This document shows, in pieces, positions 54,761 to 64,000 of a DNA stretch of 64,000 nt. A model generated the notes under the pieces. The model ran no database searches. It was not told the DNA's origin and saw only the letters and a list, made by a program, of their open reading frames with translations. Numbering within the stretch: the first letter of the stretch is position 1; each line of letters begins with the position of its first letter. A program made the position numbers and the translations under genes. The DNA is taken from assembly GCA_973895155.1 (NCBI GenBank), contig OZ316896.1, positions 2,046,001 through 2,110,000 on the forward strand, in the 5' to 3' direction. Source of the DNA: Marsupella aquatica. Lineage: Eukaryota; Plantae; Marchantiophyta.

Positions 54761-55585
54761 CAGTCTGCTGAACTCAATAGAGACTCCTAAAGTCCTTCAG
54801 ACTTCGCCCGATCTGGATTGGCCTATTTTTTCCTTGAAAAATACATACAGTAGCTGTAAAACACCAATAAATCACCCACACTAATTTGTTGTAAGGGGTT
54901 CTCTCACATTCCAAGTTTTCGTGTGGGGCACAAATTTATAGCATTGGAAAGCAAATTATAAATCTTGCTGGTTGAGGACAGATTTCCCCAAGTAATTTGT
55001 CTTGCATATGTCTGGACAAATGCAGTGTGAAAGTAGTGTGCAAGGATGTTAGAACCAAGACTATAATTTGGGTGTGATTTCATGATGGACGATGAGTTAA
55101 CATCTATTTGGTGGTACTTCTTTAGCCCATGGTAGTGGGATCAAAGATATAACTTCATTTATATCTTTCAAATGTACGACAGGCTACTGCATATGTATGC
55201 AACTTGTCTTGCCAATCTTTTTGTGTGGCCTGCTCGTGATATCTAGGTGGTCTTCCTCATGACCCTCTTCGAAACTAACATTTCCAAACCAAGAGAATCG
55301 TTGCTAGGTAGATGAAATTGTGGAGCAAACATATTAGAGTAAACGAACGCCGTAGTGGATTGATCGGTTCAACTTGTAGCTATGGACGGAAAATTGGATG
55401 ACCTTCAAAATGTATATCTGTACATTTGTTCACGCGAGGCCAGTCGGCCTGGTAAAATAGGACCCGATCGATTTGGTGTCACAGAATTCTCTTACTCTAC
55501 TCTGGGCATGCTGCAAAGGAAAATGTCTAAGTCACGAAGACTCCACCTTGAATTAGAGACCCAGCTGATTGACTAGTTCACCAGT

Positions 55586-58500
55586 TTAACGTCTTGGTCC
55601 CACAGATGGGTTGTTGAAAATTCCGGTGGCGTAGTTGTCCCAGAGGTCCACCACGCTCCATCGGCTTTCTGCTTGCAGGAGCTCGTGGACAGCTTTCTCG
55701 AGATGGACAGTTTCTCTCAAGAGCGAATGCAAACTAAACGTAAGAGAACCGACAGACAACATCACTGTGTTCCCGAGCATGTGTTTGCCTCCCTTCGCTT
55801 TCGTCGAGGCAATCAAATCTTCGAACACCTCCTCAAAACTATGCTCAAAGGTGTCCATGATAGCCTTCAGGCTTGTGGGAATCCCATCTACCGATCGGTC
55901 CCGACGGCCCAGAACGAGAAGGGGGTGATGTCTCCGGTGAGGACTACTACCACGAGGCTGCTGCTCTACATCTCCTGCTGAGTTTCTCGATCTAGTTCCC
56001 AATCCAGGGCAACAAGAAACCAGCCAGCGCTTCAAACGATGGAGCTTACCCTCTTGGACAGGTTGGGCCTGAAGGACCTCTTGGAAAAAATCGAGGCTGG
56101 ACACAACTTCTTCTTGCAATGCAGTCAGTGAGGTCCGTAAAGGCTTGAGGAGAGTTTCCATTTGCTCACTCACATAGTCCTCCGTGGTAGCATGCAGAGA
56201 GCACACCATGAAATAAAGAAGATCGAGCATGCGTCCTTGGATGACGATTATCTTTGAATACACGTCTGCTGGGAAAGGCACGAACCAGAGATCCGGCTCT
56301 AAGGCAGCCTCTTTAGACAGGACGGATTGCTTGGCGAAACTTGCCCTCAGCCGTTGCTCCAGCTGCTTGATCTGAGTCACTGCGAGGCTTCTGCACTCAG
56401 GGCACTCTTGTAACTCTTCCTCTGTGTACACGGAGACAATGGCTCCCACACAGTCCCGCAAACTGACCAGACTGGACACGAGCTCCCCTCTCACTAGAAC
56501 CACAGCTCGCTCCGGGAAAATTACAGTTTCTACGAACACAAAGCAAAATATACCCACGAAAGTCTCGGTTATGCGGTCCATTGCGAAACTTTTGATGTCG
56601 TTTTGATACCCTCCCAACATCAGAATGGCTGCCGTGAAGGCTGATACGAGTCCAGAATATCCGTAAGCTGGGCTATAGCGAATGTAGGAGCTAAAAATCA
56701 CCCATGGAGTCAGAAGCAAAAGTATTGCCCAGCTGTGATTATTGGAAGCATTCAAAGCTAGAAATCCATAGATCGATCCCAACACAGTGCCTTGAAGACG
56801 AAGACTGGATATCCGCCATGACCCACCTTGGAAGTTCCCAATTATGAAACCTACTGTAACTGGCGCCCAGAACGCCTGAGGCTTCCCTCGGAGGACAAGT
56901 AAACCAAAAGTGGTTGCCAGCACCATTTCCAATGCTGTCTTCAGCGACCTTTTGGTCTGAGTCTTGCTCGGTTTAAGGCCCATCTTCCGCAAGAGTTTCC
57001 AGCTGCCAGCCCCAACCCCTCCTGCAGCGTCGATGATTGTACTTGCATGGCGATGACTACACTGTCGCTCGCACTGTCGGTGCCCAGAAGGTGACTTCAC
57101 ATTCCCTGAGGGCAATTCTGTCCTGTTAGATTCTCTGGTTTCTACATGATCAGCAACCTCTGCCACTTCGGTTTGAGAAAGAAACACCGCATTGTGAAGG
57201 GTTGCTCGATGGGCGCTGGACTGTCGAGGGGTTATACGACCACTACTCAAACGCCCTGAAGAGATCCGTTCTGAAGAAAACCTTCTTGAAGCAGTAATTG
57301 AAGAGTCACCAAGGTGCGAAAAGACTGGACCAGACTTTGTGCCAATCTGGGTTGAAATCGGCGAGTCGGCTTTAGAATCTAGATTGGTTAAATTGTTGGC
57401 GTGGTCCTGCACTGTCTGCTCCAAGTTGGTAATGGAAGGGCCAATTCTCGCCAGCTCGTCGAGTTTGTTGGCACTACTAGGGCCTGCAGACGCGAGATTG
57501 ATTGCTTCAATCAAATAAAGCCTCAAGTTGAATACAAAGAACAACATCGAAACTCTGCCCCGGAAATTCTGTTTGACAAGGCTGAGATCAGGCGTGCTGG
57601 TACTCGTTCTGTAATCCTGCCAGGCCCCCAGATCGGACTCGTTCTCAGTTGGATTCCTACTTGAGCGACTGTAGTAGGCTTGTTCCCTTGCAGCACGGTA
57701 ACTCGCATCAAGAAGGTTTAACGTTTCCTTCCCCTCCTCAATTACCTTCTGTCTCTTCCCGTTCAGCGAAGTTGAGGACGTCCTTGGAAGCCCTTGGACT
57801 ACAAAATCCAAAATTGACTTGCATTGGTCGACCACTTTCACGAACGTCCCCTGTAGCATGTCTCGCAGCACTACTGGCGTATGTAAAATGTAGCCAGATT
57901 CCAGTGCGATCTCCATTCCAATGAGATGGAGGTTTAGACAGTTCAAGCCCTTCGTGAATCGCTTGTTTGAATTCCTTGCCCCGCATACCCCCAGCTCCCA
58001 CCATATATCTACCTGCACAGAACATCATCGGACACAAAATCCATCACTATACCTCTCACCTGCATATTTCATTTACTACTAAGTTGAAACCAGGTGCAGA
58101 TTTCCGATGCGCCACTTTTGCCGATAGTTAGACTTCAAGCCAATAAAATAAGTGATGGGTCACCGTAGTCAGCTGGATTTTAGTTTCGGAGCTTGACTTG
58201 GCCCCATGCATGTTCAATGACCTTTCATTATCAGAGTATTGAAAGCTCTGTTGCATTATCAGAGTACCAGGTTGCAATGAAGAAAAAAAGATCATATCAG
58301 CGCAGGCACATATAGGTGGTCATATCCAACCAAATTGGGTTCATAAATCTTTACTACAACTTCACAAACACGTTCTCCATGTTCGATAATCATGGTGTCA
58401 TGACAATAGTTAGGGTTGAGCATTGCTTACTTAGAGAACCCTGAGCTTTCAATGCTCTGTTTGCACACCATTAATTTAGGGTTCTCAAAGCAAATTACAA

Positions 58501-59547
58501 GGGTTTGCCAAAGTTCTGGAGTAGCAAGTTCTGTAGTAGTGACAAACCCTAAGCTTCTAGCCTCGGTAGAATTGTTGAACGTCAAACTTCCAGTACTTTC
58601 GATCTTAGCATGTAAACATGATATTGATAGCTCTCAGGTGGAGTTGATAAGTCAAATTACTTATCTACCCTTACCTGTTTACTCTTGAGGTCTTCGACAG
58701 TCTCCATAGAAGCCTTGGCGAGAACTTTCGAGTGCAAGTGCATGGAACCGAACGTGCTCGAATCCGGTGCCGAAATGGTTTTCACCAACGAATTGAACGA
58801 TTCTGATGATCCACGGGCAGCACGTTTCGCACTTTCCCGAACCTAGAAAATTCCAGTTAAAATTGTCATTCGGCCCAGACTCGTGTCAGTCACGACTCTT
58901 TGCCAAAGCGACTGGAGTATAATTTCATTGAGTCTTTCCCAGTGGTCTCAAGTGTCCATCAACACCACAAACAAAGAGAAAGTGAAGTAGTTGGTGGACA
59001 GCCAATTTCAGTGAATCAAAGACAACCATACCTCAATGACGGCAAGTCGAGGGATAGGAAGAAGCGTTGCTACAATCGCCATCCCCATTCCGAGGGCGTC
59101 CGGAGAAAGCATCTTCAGAGGGAAGCTCACAACGTTCATGTCTGGCGTGTAGTGAGCTGTTATGTACACAATGCTGATTTGTGCAAGAGCTAGTTTCCGG
59201 CCCAGGATGTGAGTCTCAGAAAGGTACGCGATCAAAATGCTGCTGATCCCAGTGCACGCAATCGCTGCGAATTGTGAAATGGGGGGCCTAATCACTTTCA
59301 AAACTGCGATCGTAGACGTCATTGCGGGGATTGTGACCGTCAGTATCCCCCAACTGTTGTGCAGCACGGTTCCCAGTGGCGGCCCCGCGAGGAGCACAGC
59401 CAACACTGGTGAAAGAACTGGAACTGAAGCTAGGGATTGGAAGCCCGGCATATACAGAAGCATCGCTGCCACCAGCAGGCACGCCCATCCCGTCCTCGTC
59501 GCCTCGGCACACCTTAGAAAAAAACGATACTTGTACTCCGACTTCAT
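55586..59547 (-). CDS. FUSC_2/ALMT (aromatic acid exporter) superfamily membrane protein, p-hydroxybenzoate efflux-like, about 1036 aa, 3 exons
   Basis: Exons 59547-59032, 58842-58675, 58012-55586, all phase 0. N-terminal TM bundle (RTGWAC, KLALAQISIVY, ALG..ATLLPIPRLA); second TM bundle (FWAPVTVG, RLQGTVLGSIYG, LLLLTPWVIFSSY, YGYSGLVSAFTAAILMLG, FAMDRITETFVG); EAALEPDLWFVPF. Confidence 0.9.
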
Positions 59548-60846
59548 GTTTCATCGATAAATTCCGATCGAGCTGCTGACGTTGAGCTCCCTTTAATTTT
59601 CCCTCAGCCCTTGAATCCACTCCAACTCCAGGGCTTTTATCTCCCCTTAACTTTGCTCCCTTGTGTCCACTCCTCCGGAGTGTAAACGGCACACCTCAAT
59701 TTAGAACTACCTGAAATTTTGGACTTGCTTGCTTGAATGGGTGGTCACTGGTGGATGAGCTTCAACTTCAACGCAGTACTTTAATGCAATTCACTACAGG
59801 CTCAGCACAATAACCAATTTATCAAATTCAGCAAAATGCTCATGATCCACCTTATTGAGTCACTGATGTGATGTAAGAATTGGGGCTAGATCGTGCCTCA
59901 CATGCCCGATACTGTGACTGTGACCGTGATTACACTGGGACTAGTGCTTGATTGAGAAGTTTTGAACGTAAAGCCGTCACAGTCTAATCCAGTCCATGAG
60001 TAGTGTCACCTACTTGTCATTGTCTACCTATGGCCCCCAAGGCACAGTGGATCAGAAACTCGATGCCAGATGCTCAAATCTCCCGGGATTCATCGGAAAT
60101 CTGTGGCCACCAATCCTTACTATTCCACAATCTACGCAACAAAGTAGAATTCATTCTCCAGTCGGTTCCCATGCAATCGTGTCTCAAGTTTGTTCACTTC
60201 TCAGGACCACCGAGCTAGGACCACCGAGCTAGTCCAGTGCACTCGACAACAATTCTACTGCGTAAAATGTACGAATATGAAGCCGTGGAGCTCTTTGCCT
60301 GGCCCCTGAGAGAATGGAAGAGACACCGCTAAGAAGGAGGTCAATGGATGCCAGCTCAGGCGAACTCGTCCGAGTGAACAAGAGAATACCTCACTCTTAT
60401 ACAAAGACTCATATCAGCGGTGCTCGGACGGGAAAGCCAACCAAACGTCAGCAGGGTTCTCATGTGAGCTGGTGCATAACCCATCAGTTGACAGGTTCAG
60501 AAACCTCCACCCACTTATTAACGTCAACATTGTTCTCATGTGCGTTGGTGCATAACCCCTTGACAGGTTCCCAACTGAAGAGCAACATCCCCAGCTCGAT
60601 CTATCCATCATGGAATTGCGTATCGAACATTCGGACTCGTTACACAAATTACTGTACGTCTCCAAACCTTCGATCCTTCGTGGTGACTCGCGTCGAAGAA
60701 GCATATACTATTGCGCCGCAGAGAACCATGATTGTAAAGGGACTCAAAGCTGGGCCAGAGTCATTTTCTAAGGAATCCGAAGACCATCTGAGCAATTTTG
60801 ACCGATCACTCGAAAGAGCCAAACCACTGTAGTTCCGACCCCCGAG

Positions 60847-60929
60847 ACATTTTAAGCTCTAAGCTATCACGTAGGAAACTACACATCACATTTTAAGCTC
60901 TAAGCTATCACGTAGGAAACTACACATCA
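60847..60929. repeat. 41-bp tandem duplication
   Basis: ACATTTTAAGCTCTAAGCTATCACGTAGGAAACTACACATC at 60847 and 60888. Confidence 0.95.
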
Positions 60930-62319
60930 CCATAGCCGCCCTCTGTTGAAGCTCTAGAGTACATCATTCTCTTCTGTGGTGCACCATCGCCATAATTTGA
61001 CAACGCAGCCAGTCCATAGTCAGCCCTATTTTGAACCTTGGAAAGTGGTGGGAAGAGTGTACACCTCTGTAGGACACCCATTTGACCACATCAGCAAAGA
61101 GATGACAAAATCATCAATCATGGGTTCCAATCCTGAAAAGCAAACCCACTTCCTCAATTGGCGGCGCTATGTCGGGACTAAAGAAAGCTGTGACATAATT
61201 GGCCTATCCTATCTAAACAAAGGGAATGAGAACACTTCCCATTTGGGATACATTGATAAAAGCTGACAGGCATATCCTTGCTCAATAACGAATACACGAA
61301 AAGGGGAAAAACCTTTCCTGATTGCAACCATTGATAAGCCGTCAGGGATTTGACGTGCTGTCATATAAAATTTAATTTTTCTCTAGGAAAAACGTGCCAT
61401 AATCTATACCAAAAAGAACACACAAAGTACAAAGAAGGGAATCAAAAGAGGTCCAAAGAGTACAATAACCAAACACTAGAAAACAATTACCAAAGAGGCA
61501 AATGCAACCCCTAAAACCCAGGAGGATATGGGGTGACGTATGGAGCCTATCCTATCTCAAAAAAGGGAAAATAAAAATTGCTCAATTGCACAGATGGATG
61601 ACTACTGTAGCTGACTTTATTTGATGCAATTGACATTTTTGGGTGGTTCTTTTTCCCATCATGATTTTTGTACTAGTGATACTCAATCTAGACTACTAAA
61701 TTTCACGAAAGACCACGCAGAAATTTAGTTAAGAGGGAGAAAAAGGGTGCTCCACCTTTCAACAACCTTCCCCAGAATGATGGAAATAACAAGCTTGTAG
61801 GGCTATGATAGAGACGAATCAGCAAAACAATTTCTTTTAAGATAACCAGGTGTGAGGATACTTAGAAAAGAAGTAGAACAAAAGTAAATTGTCTTGTAAT
61901 GTTTACTATTCAGATAGATTTTGGTGTTGAGAAGGAAAATTAATATCACTTTTAAAAGTTGGGATGATTATTTCCTGAACCACCTTAACAAAATAAATTA
62001 CTTTTTGGGTGACTTTGGACCTATGCCCTGTCCTCATGGCTCATGACCCCCTCATGACCTTACAAAGTGTTGGCCCCACTTTTAAAACCCTGCCCACTTG
62101 TCCATTTTCTAACAAACAACTTTATGGCTTCTAAAGGATTGTTGATTTCTTTTCAGAAAAGTGATGGGTCTCTCATGTACATAACAACTTTAGGTATTGA
62201 CACCTGACTCATTCCAGCCCATAAACTTTGGGATTGAATGCAATGTCCTGAGTGGCTTTATTTCCACTGGTGTGGTCATTGGACAAGTGAACAAGAGGTG
62301 TAGCTAGGCACACAATGTC

Positions 62320-62700
62320 AAGGGCTCTTAGGTCTAGAGCGGGGTCTAGAGGTACAACTATAACCAGGATTGTAACTGTAGTTAGAGATAACCTTAGTCC
62401 CGACCTTAGTTGCAAACTTTGTTAGGTTATTAGTCATATTGCACACTATATTCCCAAGCAATGTTTGCTGGATAGAGCGAACTCATGCTCATTGATATGA
62501 AGCCAGTTGAGAGTTAAGGAGAATTTGTATTGTGGAGATTTGGTATTTCTGACGGGCCAAGAGTGTAGTAAAGCTCTTGTGTCTACCCGTGGACGTAGCA
62601 TCATGCATTTGAGGTGAATCACATAATTCTATGTCAATTGCTTGTGCGTTGGATGATCATTGGCTTGTCATTGTGAATGTAAGCTTTGCTCAACACCCAC
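62320..62700. repeat. Second, diverged copy of the LTR-like repeat at 17845-18170
   Basis: Collinear similarity by eye; contains CCCGTGGACGTAGC..GGTGAATCAC, resembling a motif common in plant copia LTR U5 regions. Confidence 0.65.
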
Positions 62701-63746
62701 AATCTATTTAGCAACATCACTAAAGTAAGGATCACCATAAAAACTTGGGGTGGTGGGGTGGCCCTGCCTGTCATAAGCCAATACACAAATAGGTCACCTG
62801 TTTTTGTTGCAATGGCCAACCCTGTCTTTACTTGAGAGTTTGGTGCAATCAATCAACACCCACATTCGAATCCTTCATACTTTTTTTGAGAAAAATGACC
62901 AACAAGTTAATCAAGTTCTTAAATCTTATTTCCAAACTAAAAGCTATGTACCTCAATGGTACGCAACAAGATCTACAAATCACCTGAAAAATCATTTTCA
63001 ACCATATAACGTACCACATAAAAATTTATTCAAATGCTATGATATGTCCAGATGGATAGTCAAGCCCGCTTTACCACTAAGAGTGATATAAGTTGTCTTC
63101 CCTCTACAACCAGTCCATATGGAAACATATTCTTGTACGAATGAGCTCGGGGGCCTCAATCCAAGGGGTGTCCCATATCACGCTCAAAGTTTTGGGGGAA
63201 TAAACACCCTAAAAGTTAAGTCAATAAAGTTTTTTTTAGAAATTGTTTTACCCCTAACTTAATGAAATATTCCAAGAATATTCCCATATTTGATTTAAAA
63301 AACCCTATGATTCTTATAATTATCAAAATTGGATTAAAATAACCCTAATGTTCTTCAACAAAAATTTAAAATTATTTCACTAAACCCAATAAAAAACCCT
63401 ATGCTTATTCACGTGTGATGGGTCGGAAGAAAAGAAGTGAGGACCCCGGGCACATGAGAACATTAGGCCTCTTTGCCACAACCTATTCTTATACCCATGA
63501 GAACATTAATATTTAGGCCCTTTTGCTGCAACCTATCATTCACACTAATTCATATTTTTTAGAAAAGCACTTATGGCTCAACCAATAAATGCATTGCATT
63601 ATAGATGTGCTCTCGAGGGGTACCAGGTGCGATCATAGCCCAATATAAATAGACCTATTTATAAAAAAAATATTCCAAGAATATTATATATTTTTAATAT
63701 TAGTGACCTATCCATTCATTAAAAAGGTATATGAAAGAATATTCTA

Positions 63747-63849
63747 CAAATTTAAATTTACAATATCCTGTTTTAAAACATTTAGCTAATCCACGAGCAA
63801 ATTTAAATTTACAATATCCTGTTTTAAAACATTTAGCTAATCCCCGAGC
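63747..63849. repeat. 51-bp tandem duplication
   Basis: CAAATTTAAATTTACAATATCCTGTTTTAAAACATTTAGCTAATCCACGAG at 63747 and 63798. Confidence 0.95.
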
Positions 63850-64000
63850 TAATCTTTATCAAAATACCTATTTTAGATCACACGTAGTTCCTAAGATTTT
63901 CAATATATGGTCAATCCCCAAGGATGTCCTTATGACTATTTACTCAATCAATGAATGATGCACCTCTAAGTAAGCACCTTTGCCTTGTTTAATGTGGTGA

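Noticed and set aside
60314-60832. 172-aa plus-strand ORF divergent from the FUSC gene
   Set aside because: No recognisable motif; contains a small internal duplication (GGTGCATAACCC..TTGACAGGTTC) and no convincing splice context, so it cannot be supported as a gene.

Overview
Intron-rich land-plant nuclear DNA, probably a bryophyte/liverwort judging by gene style (inference only). Five well-supported spliced genes: VPS38/UVRAG (-, 13230-15506), a subgroup-IIIf-like MYC_N/bHLH/ACT transcription factor (-, 20462-24496), an organellar glutamyl-tRNA synthetase (+, 34113-38437, two GC-AG introns), a HAESA/HSL-like LRR-XI receptor kinase (+, 48401-51924) and a FUSC/ALMT-superfamily membrane protein (-, 55586-59547). 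The most notable feature is invisible in the ORF track. Twelve phase-compatible exons at 323-7256 (+) splice into one stop-free frame of about 640 aa carrying three highly diverged TALE-type homeodomain repeats. All three repeats share the same two intron positions, and a MEINOX/POX-like helix precedes the second. Intergenic DNA holds two TA-flanked TIR elements, a 5'-truncated LINE with a 15-bp TSD, LTR-like dispersed repeats, several minisatellites (one with hairpin units) and probable pseudogene remnants. All gene models were built by eye and no database searches were run.
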